Shown here: piece after piece, positions 1 to 13,548 of the stretch | Position numbering within the stretch: position 1 is the first letter of the stretch | How the letters are laid out: each line of letters starts with the position of its first letter | Origin: Lingula anatina | Taxonomy: Eukaryota; Animalia; Brachiopoda | Length of the DNA stretch: 64,000 nt | NCBI GenBank assembly: GCA_051362555.1 | Contig: CM120649.1 | Coordinates: forward strand, 8,556,001-8,620,000 | Direction of reading: 5' to 3' | Translations under genes and position numbers: made by a program | Notes under the pieces: model-generated | Told to the model about the DNA's origin: nothing | Seen by the model: the letters and a program-made list of their open reading frames with translations, nothing else | Database searches by the model: none

Positions 1-143
1 TAGTAATATTTATGTCTACAGTTATATTTTTATTTCCCATCCACTTATTATCACAGGTCTTTGCTAACATTTAGCCCCGCAAAAATTAAACTACTTACCT
101 CAACCACAACACGAATGTCACCTTTAATGAAGATGATTTTGTT

Positions 144-186
<43 letters not shown>

Positions 187-219
187 TTATTTTGCAGAAA
201 GTAGACTTTGACAGTAAAA

Positions 220-765
220 GAGCGCATTCTCAACGAATTAAGCCAGGCTTTACAAAGCCGGTGACCTAAAAATGGCGGACGTACATAAAAGAAAAACCGC
301 CTAATCTTTTAATAGTCTCTCCGCCTCTCACACGCCTCCCCACACGTCGTCCCGGCGGGGTACAGTAATTAAATCTCGGCTCCGAACATTAATATTTCCG
401 TGAATATCTCTGGTGATATTATCTCCGTAGATAGTCGATTCATTGCTGCTCTACGGGCCAAATTATTCCTTTTTCGTCTCTGTTTTCAAAGATAATAGAA
501 CAGAAGAGCTTTTTTCCTTCGATCGCCTTCAGCCGCCATGCTTTCTTTACCACGAGTTTAACTGATGAGCATGCGCACTTAATATTTCTCAGGTAGCTTC
601 CGCATGGCGAACGGAGACGCGATTTAATTACTGTACCCCGCAGGGACGACGTGTGGGGAGGCGGAGAGACTATTATGAGATTAGGCGGTTTTTCTTTCAT
701 GTACGTCCGCCATTTTTAGGTCACCGGCTTTGTAAAGCCTGGCTTACTTCGTTGAGAATGCGCTC
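220..765. mobile_element. Foldback/MITE element with ~160-bp inverted arms, PIF/Harbinger-like
   Basis: GAGCGCATTCTCAACGAA...(220-~385) is mirrored by ...TTCGTTGAGAATGCGCTC (~611-765). Both flanks are AAA, a possible 3-bp TSD. Confidence 0.8.
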
Positions 766-1132
766 AAAGATTCTGCCAATATTCCACTCATAATGCAAAT
801 ACATTTATTCTTCCTTCTTTCACGCACATACTGGGGCACATAGTTGTACTAATTTTGAAACGATCCATGCTACCGCCAGAATAACGTCAAATGTCATATT
901 TCTTTACTTCACTCTTTTGGTTTCTTTAGCTAAATTCTTCTTTTCACAAAATAGTTTGTAATCTATAATGTCGTATTAGACACGCTCAAGGGTCCAGAAA
1001 GAGAACTAGTGTTGGAAACAGGTTGTATATGTATTCTCTCGAAATATTTTGCAAGTTACTTGCTTCACATTTTAATAGCGCTCTCTTTCGGCGTACTCAT
1101 TGTTTCACAGCGAGAGAAATCACAGTGCGCGA

Positions 1133-1387
1133 TGATTGACGTTTGTTTATATAACCTGCCAATCAAGCTGTTATTACTTGACAGCAACTATCAAAACTAA
1201 CTGAATTTGATTGGCACTTTGTCAATCAAAGCATGTAGGAAGCTTGAACTAAACGTGTTCGACGACTATAGTGATCTACTGTGTAATGATTGTGATTGAC
1301 GTTTGTTTATATAACCTGCCAATCAAGCTGTTATTACTTGACAGCAACTATCAAAACTAATGAATTTGATTGGCATCTTGTCAATCA
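1133..1387. repeat. Two direct copies (160 bp apart) of a ~95-bp imperfectly palindromic unit
   Basis: TGATTGACGTTTGTTTATATAACCTGCCAATCAAG...TTGATTGGCA...GTCAATCA occurs at 1133-1228 and 1293-1387, with a degenerate third partial copy near 1475-1530. Confidence 0.85.
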
Positions 1388-2998
1388 AAGGATATTGGAG
1401 TTTTAAATGTTTGGTGAGAAGGTGAAGTAATTGTTCGACGTTTGTTCAAAAACTGTCATCCATAGTCGTGTGCGCTTGACAGCTTCCATCAAAGTTGACT
1501 TAACCTGTTTAAATTTGATTCATACCTGTCTATAACAATACATGTCGTAACATTCTGGAGGTAGGGGGCAACTTTTTTTTTTTTTTTTTTTGCAGCGTGG
1601 TAAAAAACGTCGGGTTCTTTATTTCAACAACGTGAAAGAGTCCGGGTTCTTTCACTGGCGTTTTTAATTGAACTAAATATCAGTTGTCATTCTTTTTCTG
1701 GATGTGATGTAAAATGACTATACATGAATTAACGTTGTTGTCGATGTTTATTGCTCCAAAGTCCTTTATTTGGTGCTCGTACGAAATCGGAACTTCGTAT
1801 ACGAACTGAACATATTTCTTTAATCATACTCATGTTCTTTTACACCCAATGAATATTTTTGGATCATTTAAAAAAACGAATGGTATAAAAAGTAAAACCT
1901 TGTCATTTTTTCATGAGCTACGGAGAGAAAAATGCCGAGATAATGATGTTAGTGGCCAGGTAAAATTAAAAGGTACCGGTTTTGTTCGTTCCTTATAAAG
2001 GGCCGGGGCAATAAGTAGCTGTACATTGACAGGAGCGCGCGTGAAAACTGTTGTTTTTAAACAAACTACACAATTTAAATCTGCCAAATTAAAATTGAAA
2101 ACAGCTTTCTGCAATGCGTTAACAATCTTTCGAACTTTAATCTGCGATATATTTTTAGTACTTCATAAGTACAAAAAAAACCCAGATTTCAGTAATGTTT
2201 GAAAATTAAACTAATAGTGGAATAAGTCGGGCTGGTTTAATCAAAGACTTAATATTCTTGGTTTGATTTATTTAAGTTGTTCGTTCAATATTTTATACTG
2301 TATTTCATCAGATAGGTAAAAATGATCCTTTCATTATGTATAAAATGGTTGCTACGCCGTATAAGAATTAATATTTGATCGAATATTTACTTGAACACAT
2401 ACTTTTTATCTAATTTATTTTATTTTATTTTTAAGTAAAAACAAAATTAATTCAGCATTAACAACAGCATCTTTGCTTGGTCTCATCTAGCACATTCTAT
2501 GAATTTTTTGTCCGAAGGCGCATATTATAATTAATAGATTTCCTGGCATGCTTTTAGCAGTTAATATTTTACGTGCAGTATATTAATGTTTCATACCGCA
2601 AGTGACACTAAAAATGAAGCTTTTTTCTCTCGGTAATTTTTTTCAACTCATCTATCATAGAGAAACATCTTTAACTTGTTTTTATAACCCAGATCAGGTA
2701 AAAATCTTGCGTAGTTTTGAGCTCAGGTCGAGAAAAGTCGGTTGGTCAGCAGACAAATCAAAGGGGTTCAAACAGTGGAACCGGGGCCGGTAGGCGATTC
2801 TTGACATTTCTCTCTTTTAGTAGGTAAACAAAAGAAGTGCACTCAAAAAATTGTGTACGAGGGAACTTCATATCTTGGCTTCCATTGTCCCAAATTTGCC
2901 CTCAGAAATACCCACAGATACCCGATTTAAGGGTCATTCACAAGTAAACTCAGTATCAAAATGCCGTATAGTTCCATTCTTATTGTTCAACCTCTCTT

Positions 2999-3002
<4 letters not shown>

Positions 3003-3049
<47 letters not shown>
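3003..3049. repeat. (CT)n microsatellite
   Basis: Direct reading. Confidence 0.95.
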
Positions 3050-3051
<2 letters not shown>

Positions 3052-3503
3052 ATTTATTTTAATATATTTTAATCTCTATATACGTAAGAATGATTCAGAA
3101 TTTTCTCGATGGGGAATCGGAAATTGATACAGGGTTGATATAAAAAGTCGTTCCATTTTCTATTGAACTGGGTCTTTTAATGGTAGACATTGGCCCGAAC
3201 CCCACATCAAGGGGGTGGAGGAGGGGGCGAGGGTCGGCTTGGCATCCGAGGCCTGTCATTCCTAAAAAAAAAAAAGAAAAAAAAACTTTTAAAAATTAAA
3301 AAAAAAAACGACTCCCCCCCCCCCCAAACCCCCCCCCCCTCCCCGCCCTTCAAATAATCCCGAATCCGCCCCTGGTGCTTAGGCTGCGTGTAATGTAATA
3401 TAGGTTTATTTTATTTAAATAAGATGTTGAAAATGGAATTATGTCTAAAGCAGCTTTCTTTATTTATATACATTATAATCATTTATTTCACTCTTCTCTG
3501 CAG

Positions 3504-4867
3504 GCTTGGCCCAAGATCCGCTCTGAGGTGGTCAAATCCCTGCAGACCATTATGACCCTGGGAGCGGACCTGATGGAGGCCTTCCCACAACTTGGTATTA
3601 AGCAGCGAAAGTTGAACATGTTCGTGGTGAACAAAATAACTCAAGGAGACTATTCCTCCGGGAAAGTGGCAACCCTGCTCTCCCTCGTACGCTGGGAGGT
3701 GAAGTACATCGAAGAGGAGTTCTACCCCAAAGTAAGCACTGTAGTTTTCTGTACTACCCTCTACCAGGGCGACAGGTTGATTTTCCACAGATATTTACAG
3801 ATATGTCCCTAGATAAATAGGTCAAAAAATGTCCACAATAATAACTGCGGCCCTGCTAGAGGGTATCTCTCTACCTTGTGGCAAGCTTAGCGTTGCTGCA
3901 TTCGCTTCTCTCTCTCTATCCTCAGAAATAGAAGGTATGCAGCAGGCTTCTATTATCACATCTTTGCATTCAGTCCGTTTACAGCGAGTGCAAACACATT
4001 ATTTATTTTTCACTCATTAGGAAGATAAAAACGTCGCGTTTAAGATATAGTTAAAATGACATTTTCATTCGAACTATTACTGGGTATTGTTAACACGGAG
4101 AACTAATCATTCTTGCAGGTCAATAATGCACTGAAGGACATATTTGGTTCAGTTTCCAAGGACAGACTGTCAAAACTGGTGGAAATCGCCGACAAAGTTG
4201 TGAAACAAATGAAGATCAAAGCCTCTCTAGATGCCATTCTGTCAACCATAGCCCCCATTGATTCCACCATTACCATCCGGGACATTCTCCGCATGCAGGC
4301 TCGACTTTTTCCACAGCGGACATGCTACAGAATCTACCCACTGAGTCCCGCCAGGGCCGGCCAGTCTCACCCTACGTACCGAGTGCCAACAACTCAGAAA
4401 TTGTACCGCATACGTGACGCCATCAAGAACGGACTGGCCTTCGTTGCCGATACGTGTGCTGGCGTGGAATCCGTAAGATCAATCGTTATGTCCAAGGAGA
4501 GCGTTCTAACAACCGATCTGTTTAACTATTTGTTAAAGACTATTAAACCCAACTCTACTTGTGTTTCTAATGTGTCTGGTGCCATTTGTACCTAAGCCAG
4601 TTTAAATTTGTTAAAACAGGCATAGGGTGGATGCAAGCACCATGAGCATGGGATTATCGCAGGTGGTGGATTGATATTTTCAAGAAAACTTGGATAATAA
4701 AGCATAGTTCAGCAATTAGTTTCTGTTTTTTACTTTTTATAATTCACGAACTAAGTATTATAAACTGCCAAAAAAAATTGAACCTTATTCATAATAATGT
4801 GTTTTCAGAAATAATATTAGATAGATATACAGACTTCTACATACTTGTCTTTCAGAGGAAAGTATGA
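3504..4867 (+). CDS. 3' part of a spliced gene for an uncharacterised, probably alpha-helical protein (5' exons not identified)
   Basis: Exon 3504-3731 (ctgcag|GCTTGG...CCCAAA|gtaagc, 76 codons) and exon 4119-4472 (ttgcag|GTCAAT...GAATCC|gtaaga, 118 codons) join in phase 0 with GC-rich codon usage. The probable last exon starts at 4856 (tttcag|AGG AAA GTA TGA), with AATAAA at ~5023. The terminal exon frame is uncertain. Confidence 0.7.
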
Positions 4868-7444
4868 TCCAAACTACGCGAAACCCTTATAAGTACCACG
4901 CTATTATCATGCGTGTGAATGTAACTTATTGAGTATGACATTGCGACCGACCCCCAGTACCACCCCCTAGGGCTCATGCGCACTCACACGCACACAAACG
5001 TGCTCTCGCACACATAATCACGAATAAACATTTTAATGTTATTTATTAAAATACGCACAGCATTTCTCTCCTTTACGCAAGCCGCCCAAGCATAGCTGTG
5101 TACAGTTGTTCAAAGTTGAGGCCTGATTCTAAATAAGCCTATTACTGGGGTCGTTTTTACGGTAATCAATCAGGGGGCAGCACATGATGACAGGAAACCC
5201 ATGCTTTTCTTTATAAGGCATTATATCAGTAAAAGAAAATGACTAAGCACACCTTTTATGCACCGTGTGAAGGTCCTTTCCTTACTTGTGAGGGACCTTT
5301 TAATGACCACCCCGACCCCCGCATTAAAAAGATCTCCTTTAAAATTACCCCCACATGAGTTGGGCACAGTGGGCTCACATATTTGGATAACGCTATCTGT
5401 TAAACTGCTACGGAGATTGACAGGTTCTATGTCTTAAACTTGCACAGAAAAGAAGAAACGCCTCCCACGTTGTTACTTTAACAGAATACATTTTGCTAAA
5501 CTAAAAGTTGCATGGTACAATAAAGATCCCTTTTCAGACTCAAACTCCTTCTCCTTAAAGTCTCTCTCCCCTCTTCAAGATTTAAGTTCACAGATGTCTA
5601 CGCTTAACTTTATCAATTAAATTTTCAATTAAATAAATCAAACTGATTGGTTACTTTAAACACAAGTACACTCCATCATGGTGGGCACTCCCAATAACTC
5701 CATGTAATCAGACCTAACGGATTACTAGCTTGAAACAAAGGACATAAAAATATGAATTGCTAGGTGTAAAAAGCAACCTTAAGCTTCTTATATATCTTAG
5801 TTTTCCATATGTAAATTTTATCTGATAAAGACTTCCACTCATTGAATTAATACCAGATTTAATGTATGATTTTTTTACAGTTTTTCCAATACTTTGGTCC
5901 CTGACAACCGTGGTCATAATGACGGCACTCGGCAAGGAATTGCGCTCGGTTTAGGATATTTCGTGTCGTTCAGAGGCGAAGCAGCAATTCTTTGGCGATT
6001 ACAGCAAATAGCGCTTGCTGCTTGTGGAAAAAATTATTTCTGTCAGTAGCCTTAAGAAGGTATCTCTCATGTGCGGTGAGATTTACAAACGATTTTTATC
6101 TTTCGAGGCGTTGCGGCCAATGTCTGCCGTGTTTTCAACACGTGCGCGTGCAGAAAGTATCCCCGTGTGTGTTGCCAAAAAACTCCCCGCTCATGGCTGT
6201 TGCCGTACTGAGCATACCCACAACCAACTGCCTTGCACAAGACTCCCAAAAAGCTGGCGCCCAGGCTTTGCGCTGCACATGATGAACGAGCCAATTCCGA
6301 CTTGAATACTATCCGAAAAAACCAATAAACTAGACTTTGATTGCAATAATTAACTGTTGGCAAAGCCCTCAGTACTCTGAACTCCATTCTGTGTCATTGC
6401 GCAATGTCAGACCACCATTACATCCCTGTATTCAATTCAAATCTTGTCTCCTGTTGTTTACGACCCCAGCGCAGAGGGAGATAACGCTGTGTACATAAAT
6501 CGCGCAACGGCACAGTGTCGCGATCTCGGATCTTGTGCAGTCAAAAATCCCGAAAAAAACATGCATTTCTTTTCCCCCATTTAGTACATGTATGTGTAAA
6601 CACTTCATCGCAGTATTTGTTGAAAACAGAATGTACTTTTCAACTGTAAACAATTTTAACATATTTGTCTTTAATAATAGAAGCATCCATTCTGTCATGC
6701 GCGTTTTGATTTTGGTCCTTACGCCCCTGTTACCTAAAATATGTAACAACAGAAAACGCCGTAATATTCAAAATCCATAAACATAGATGTGTGAACCCGT
6801 TCTTCAAACTGTCGCAAGCCCCGTACAACAGGGGCTTCACCTTCAATCTTTCCAGGCAGCGTTCATCCCACTATACCATAATGGTACCCTGAGTGTCAGA
6901 GCAAAGTAAAAGCTAGCTTGTTAAATATATACCTTGTGATGGAGTCGCTTTTATTGCGACATGGGTTATATATGAAATCAAGATCGAGCTGGCAATACCG
7001 GAATCTAGAACCTAGGGTACATAATGGGGGTCTATGACTGGAACAGTTTCGTCTCGCTACGGCGTGACCTCAATGTGACCTTGCCTCTAGTGGCCCCGGG
7101 GGCTTGATAAGATACTGCACGTTCTGCAACCCAGGAGTCCTGGCGCGTGCAGTCGGTTAAGAGGGCCAGCTAGGTAAATTACCTGGTATGTGACTTCTGA
7201 AGTACTGGTAGAGGTCGAAAAGTAGAAAGTTTTGTCTGTTTACAGGTAGGTTGGAGATTAATATGTAATGCAATCGCCCGCGTCCACACTGGGGGCTGCA
7301 TGGGTTCTTTGGGATACGAAAGTTATATATTCTGAACCAATATCACATAGGGCGCATTCACATTGAAACTATCGTATTAGGTTGTTGGAACTAACTAACA
7401 GATTACCCCGCGGAGTTAATTCGATCTACGTAGAACAAGACTTA

Positions 7445-7651
7445 GACTGCATTCCCACAGTTTAGATCGATCCATCTGGATCGACCTAACTCCCTGGGGG
7501 TTGGTTGCTGTCAGCCGAGCGCTCACGGAAGTTAATTACCCCCTTACAGCTTTTAATAGGCGGGACAGACATTTAAGCCGGCTAAGCTGACAGTAATCTA
7601 GTGAGACTCCCCAAGGGGATAGATCGATCTAAAATCTGTGGGAATGCAGTC
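7445..7651. mobile_element. Palindromic MITE (Tourist/PIF-Harbinger-like), family copy 1
   Basis: TIRs GACTGCATTCCCACAG / CTGTGGGAATGCAGTC with TTA on both sides. Internal sequence is shared with the copies at ~20.8 and 27.5 kb. Confidence 0.8.
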
Positions 7652-8424
7652 TTAAATGATGAACTCACCCAAAGAGACAGGTGTACAGACAACCTCACTG
7701 ACATTCTCCTGAGTTGGATGTGCAGTGCACATAACAGTTAAGACGCAGCATACGAAGATTGGATGAAAGTTTGATGTGCGCTGTGTGGAACTCCTATGCT
7801 CGTTATTTTCAATGCCTAATGCGCCTAACGTATCCTTAAGTATCGGTTAGAATATACAATCCTTTCGTGCTTGATGTCTTTGCTGTTCTTATAAGTCTTA
7901 TTGTTATTCATTAAAAAATAAACGTTGTATTTAACGTTTTGAAATCCCACTAGGTATATATGAATTTTCCACATCAGCGTCGTAAACATGTAACGCCACA
8001 CATATAGTAATACAACACTCCTACGTTAGCTGCCTGCACTGCTAGGTGTTATAGGGTGTCTCATGGGTGGTATAGGGTGTCTCACGAAATAGTAATTTTA
8101 AATAGCAAAATAAAACATAATAAATTTCGGGGTCATTTTCTTTCTTATTTTTGCAATATTTTCGTGTATGTTAATCCAAACCAGCATATAATGCAAACAG
8201 CAAATAAGGAAAGAAACCCTATGTTAAAAGGTAAAAGATATAATTGACCATTTAAGCAAAATGTGAGATTTGGAGCAATGATTGTTTGACCTTAAACTTA
8301 TGAAAAACGCAAATTAAGTCTCAAGCTTTTCATGTATTCATATAATTTAAATTGGACATTTATAGATAATACTTTGCTTTCATGATTGTTAAAAGGAATA
8401 TTTTTATTTTCAGAATCGTTCAAC

Positions 8425-10889
8425 ATGAATAAAAATCTGCGTCTGTGCGCATGCTGTACTGTTCTATTTGCGACGATAAGTGTTGGGCTACTGATTGCGG
8501 TAATTGTGCTAGCGGTGCAACTGGAACAACTCAAGGACCAGCAGCCGCAACCACAACCACGTGCAGACAACGACTGGCGTAAAACTCCTGCAACCCCCTC
8601 GGTATTTGACACCCTTACAGAGAGTGAGATCACAGAAATACGAGATTTCCTTCACAGTAGGCCTGAGCTAAATTTGGTGCCTGTAAACCGGGCAGATATG
8701 GGCAGCAACTACATATATATGATGGAGCCAGTACTCCCTAAGAAGACAGACGTATTACGGCACTTGGACAGTGGCGGGGCAATGCCGGAGCGCAGTGCCC
8801 GCGTCAGCTGCTTCATGGGAGGAGAAAACCCCCCGGTTATCAAAGAATTCATCGTCTCTCCAGTCCCAAACGTTGCCCAGTACAAAGACTCCGACAATCC
8901 TGCAGAGCGGCGCCCAATCCCTTGGCACACCAGACCCTCTAACCCAGTGGAACTCTCAGCTATTGACACAGCATTGCTCAAACCAGTAACGAAAGAACTG
9001 TTCCCTATTCTTAAGGAAACATACGGATATTGGTACCACAACTGTACCGATCGCTGCTTGGTGTTTAACTTCGTGCCAAGGGGTATCAGGGACGGCGACA
9101 GGCACATGCTAATTTGGGGGTTCCGCGGCAAGATAGACGGCTACTACCTTTGGCCAGTTTCTCTCTTGCTGCTTGTTGACGTCAACGGGAATGATCCCAC
9201 ACACTACAAATTGACCAGGTTGTACTACGAAAATCGCGCTTATGGGAGCACAGAAGAGTTACTTACCGCCTACAGTACTTTACCTAAACACACCTATCCT
9301 TTCCCCACAGCAGGCGCCACGTATGGTTCCCCCGACCTGCGGGGAGAGAGAAAGGCTAACTGGAAGAAACTACCCAAGCAAACCGAGCCAGACGGAAGGC
9401 GGTACACTGTGGATGGACAGAAGGTGAAATACCTGGATTGGGAGTTTAACTTCAGACTGAGAGCTGTTACAGGAATTCAGGTAGGCTCGCTTTCTACGTG
9501 TACATGTTTCCAGTTAAATTACCACCGTTTAAACCACCAGTTAAATTTCTTAATGGCATTTCATTATTTTATGTACAATTTATTCAAAATAGCATCATGC
9601 CATGTTGTAGAATTATCTTTGTATATTGGTTATTGTAAAAGTACATTATGGTGCTGTCGTCTATGTATTATACGAACCAGCTGCATGTACTTCTGTTTGG
9701 GTCTCCTCAGGTGATGGACATCAGGTTTAGAGGCGAGAGGCTAGCTTATGAAATCAGCATGGCTGACGTGGCTGTCTACTACTCTGGGAACGAACCATCC
9801 GGTTTATTGGCCAGTTTTGTGGACGCCGGCTGGTCTCTCGGCACGCTCCACCAGCCCCTGATAAAGGGATACGACTGTCCGGAGAACGCCGCCTACTTCA
9901 ACAACACCTTCTTCGAGTCTGGGACCGGAAAACCGCGGACCTATGTCGATGCTTTGTGTCTTTTTGAGCAAAACACTGGTCTCCCAGTGCGACGTCATCG
10001 CTCCATTGATTTCTACAATCCAGACCAGTCCAAGTACTTCTATAAGTTTAGTATGCCCGGTTCTGTGCTGATTCTTCGCGGTATCCCTACGGTGTGGAAT
10101 TATGACTACATCTTTGACTTTGTGTTTCATCCAAACGGTGTTATTGAAGTGAAGGTGGCGTCAACAGGATATATACAGACGTTCACGTACCCGTTAGGAG
10201 GGAACAGCCCCTATGGGAACTTTGTGAACCGGGACTTCGGTATATTGGCCAACCTGCACCATCATCTCTTCAACGTGAAGGTAGATTTCGACATCGGTGG
10301 ACAACAGAACCGGTTTGAAACCTGGGACCTGCAGTTAGAGAACAGGACCAACCCTCTAGCCCCAGAAGAGAGGTGGCTGCAGAAAAGGACAGCAGTTAAC
10401 CTTCGTAAAACAGAGAGTGAGGCACTCATAAAATACAAATTTGAGGAACCCAAGTACTATGTTATGTACAACCAGCAGCGAAATAACACAGCCGGCTACG
10501 CTCGTAGTTATCGCATCTATGCCAATGGTTTCTCCAAGGTGATGCTGCCAGAAGGGTGGTACTCTGAAAACGGGATCCCTTGGGCTCGCCACCAGGTGAC
10601 TGTCACCAAATACAAGGACAACGAGGACACCACGGCTTCCATTTACAACCAAGCCGATCCCTACAACCCCGTCAAAAACTTTGAGAAGTTTTACGGCGAT
10701 AACGAGGGTATCGTGGATCAAGACCTCGTGGCCTGGGTCTCTCTTGGTCTTCAACATATCCCTGTCATGGAGGACATCCCTGTAACCACAACACCCGGAA
10801 AACAGCTCTCTGTGGTCCTCGCGCCGCTAAATTACTTCGATGAAGACCCTTCTATGACGTCACAAGACGCCAAAGTGGATCGACCCTAG
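8425..10889 (+). CDS. Copper-containing (topaquinone) amine oxidase, AOC1/AOC3-like, N-terminal membrane anchor, 744 aa
   Basis: Exons 8425-9480 and 9711-10889 are joined by a phase-0 GT-AG intron (ATTCAG|gtaggc...ctcctcag|GTGATG). Motifs: TPQ consensus TVWNYDY (Tyr codon 10101), Cu ligands HHH (10257-10265) and HIP (10755), catalytic-base FVDAGW, hydrophobic N-terminal segment. An acceptor at 8413 implies an upstream non-coding exon. Confidence 0.95.
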
Positions 10890-12284
10890 CTGGGGTTGTG
10901 GAAGTCAAACTTGACTGAATGAAATACGTATCCTGCTTACTAGCGTGAATTCAATAGTTTTTATTACCTTTACATCTGTTACAAGTAGAAACGTATGCAT
11001 TATTTTAATTTTTTTTACTTTTCTAAAATGTTTGATATATGCATATTAGTTACTGGGCCTCAGAAAAAGGTTTCCAATTACGAAAAATACCTGCCGCAGC
11101 TTATTTTTAGAAATAAAACTGTATAAAATAATGTATTTTGGTTTGCTGCAGTGGAATCCCATGTTTCTCCGTCTGTCATTGCATTTTAACATGCTTTTTT
11201 CATTTGGTGATAATATAAAAAATGTTTCACTTGAACGCTCGAAATTTTCATATGCATTTTTAAATTCTAGATTTATGCTTTTAAAGAAAAAATTAGTCCA
11301 CGTACTTTCTCACATTTCCAGTGATTCTGAGCCATTATTTTGTGTATTCCTTTCAAATCTTCCAAAGTGCTTATGCCTGTCTCTCCCTAAAATGTTACGG
11401 ACCGTGTTAACCGTTTGGATATCGAGAAAAGCAGAAAAGGGACTAGCAAATGATAGTGTGCAGGCGAAGGGGCAAGGTGTACGATGGGGTGTATCTAGGG
11501 AGCTGGAGGGGGGGGGGGCTTCCGCCTGTCACTTTTTTTAGCCGCGTCAGTGTTTTGTTTTGTTTTGCGTGTGTGAATACAGCTAACACTCCTGGTTGAA
11601 TGGTGTATATGATGTTGAACAACAACAACAACAACGTGCCATGGTTGCCGAGATCAAACATTTATGCAAAAATTATATTAAATGAAATTAAATTAAATTA
11701 AAAATCAAATTAAAATTGAGACAACCGTGGATTTTTGTTCTATACACATATTTTAAAATATCAAAATTATATATAGGATAAACTTTTTTACAACTAAAGA
11801 CCACTTAAAAACTCACGTTCTTCACTTACGTGTAAACAGCCTTCTACGCGTTTATAACGCCTATGAAAACAGATCTAACGTGATGCCGTAGGTCATAAGT
11901 CGTGACGTAGAAGGCCACAACTTACAACGTCACATGTACACGTTCGTTCTGCCGAAACTCTCTAATTTCTGCCTCGAGAATTCATGCGAAGAGGAAGAAA
12001 ATTAAAGTGACATTGAGCAATGGAAAGCTCATTGAGGGAAGTTTGGAACGACCTAACTTCCGGGTTTGGATTCAATCATAAGTGCCCGAGTACTTGTATT
12101 CACAAGGGCTTCAAAACATGAAATTCTGAGGATAGGTTCTACCAATCTATGATGTAATGGCCTGGAGGGTGGGTGGGCACTGCAGATCGCTGGTGATGAC
12201 GTCTTTTGACACGTTTATTGCACCAATCATAAAAATACAGTCATTGAAAATCGGGGGAGGGGGGGAGGGTGTAAAATTGTGTTA

Positions 12285-12550
12285 TTCAATGTTTCTCATT
12301 TTCATGCAATATTCTTTTTTCATTAAATGTTGCTTCAAATTTTTATGAAATATTCTTTTTTCATTCAATGTTGTTTCAAATTTAACTGCATTATTCTTTT
12401 TTCATTGAATGTTGTTTCGTTTTTCAAGCAATATTATTTTTTCATTCAGTGTTGCTTAATTTTTTCATGCCATTTTTTTTTCCATTCACTGTTGTTCCTT
12501 TATTTCATGCAATATTTTTTCATTCAATGTTGTTTCTTATTTTCATGAAA
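12285..12550. repeat. AT-rich ~32-bp minisatellite
   Basis: About 8 degenerate copies of TTTTCATGCAATATTCTTTTTTCATTCAATGTTG. Confidence 0.8.
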
Positions 12551-12889
12551 TAAACAAAAACAATTTTCCAATGAAATTTTATACTAAAAATAGAATATGA
12601 TTGATATATTCTGACAAATAGAATAAAATTGTAGTCTGCAGCACCTTAAAATACACAGCACATTTGCACAAGCATAATTTTCCTAACACACTACAGTGTG
12701 TCAGGTGAGCGTGCAAGTGAGTACTGCTCAACAGATGGCCTTGTCCATTTACAGCAAAGGACAAAAACTATATCTCCTAAAAACCCTTACATGTTATTTC
12801 CAAGCGGGCACGAAAATAGGAACAAACATGAACAAACATGAAAAGCCACATTCCAGGGCAGCGTTTATGATGATCCCCAAGATATATTT

Positions 12890-13548
12890 ATGGTCAACCC
12901 GAATGAACAAGTGCATAACCATCCACAACAAGTGCATAACCATCCAGATGACTCCTCCACCACACAAGTCGTCAATGTCCGCAGACAGATGCAGCAGGAA
13001 GTTATGCTAGACCCAACAGTGTATTTGGTGGCAAGGACTCAGCGCCAGATTGGTGGGGATGTGCTACAATTTAGATCAGTAAAATGTTCCCAAGGTGGTA
13101 TGAGGTAAAGGTGGCAGTGCATCCTGCCTTATAAGCTCAATGGACGATTTTACTGCTCAATTATCAAAATTGAAAAGTTTTTAGCATACGTGTGCTAAAA
13201 TTTAAAAAAAAATGACCCAGTTTGATATATAACCTTTCGTCGCTTGAACTTAGTGGACACACTGTCCTGATTTTCTACTTTTTCTTTACTGCTGCACAAG
13301 ATATATTGTCAGTGCACATCATGCACATGGTCAAGGTGAGGCATCTCTTCATTTGGACATTCATTCGCCACCTCAAGGACTTGCAGTCCATTTCTGAGCC
13401 GCTGTCTCTTGAGGATGCGAGAAACGGTGGGGTACCGCCAAGGAAGAGGAAGAGGCGCTGGAGAGGCGTTTGAAGGGCTTAAAGGAGCTGTGCTTACAAG
13501 GGCGCCGCAATCTGGTCGAGTACTGGGTTGCAGTTAGCAATGCTATTT
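12890..13548 (+). pseudogene. Internally deleted MULE (Mutator-like) transposase remnant
   Basis: VHNHPDD...VRRQMQQEVMLDPT resembles the end of a FLYWCH finger. IWTFIRHLKDLQ...PPRKRKRRWR/RRLKGLKELCLQGRRNLVEYWVAVSNA (frameshifted) resembles animal MULE transposase C-termini. The DDE core is absent. Confidence 0.6.

Noticed and set aside
5992-6780. Cluster of overlapping 80-106 aa ORFs
   Set aside because: No recognisable motifs, splice structure or coding bias.
8298-10757. Antisense and alternative-frame ORFs over the amine oxidase, and the 442/413-aa ORFs as two genes
   Set aside because: These are shadows of one coding sequence; the two long ORFs are exons of a single gene extended into the intron.
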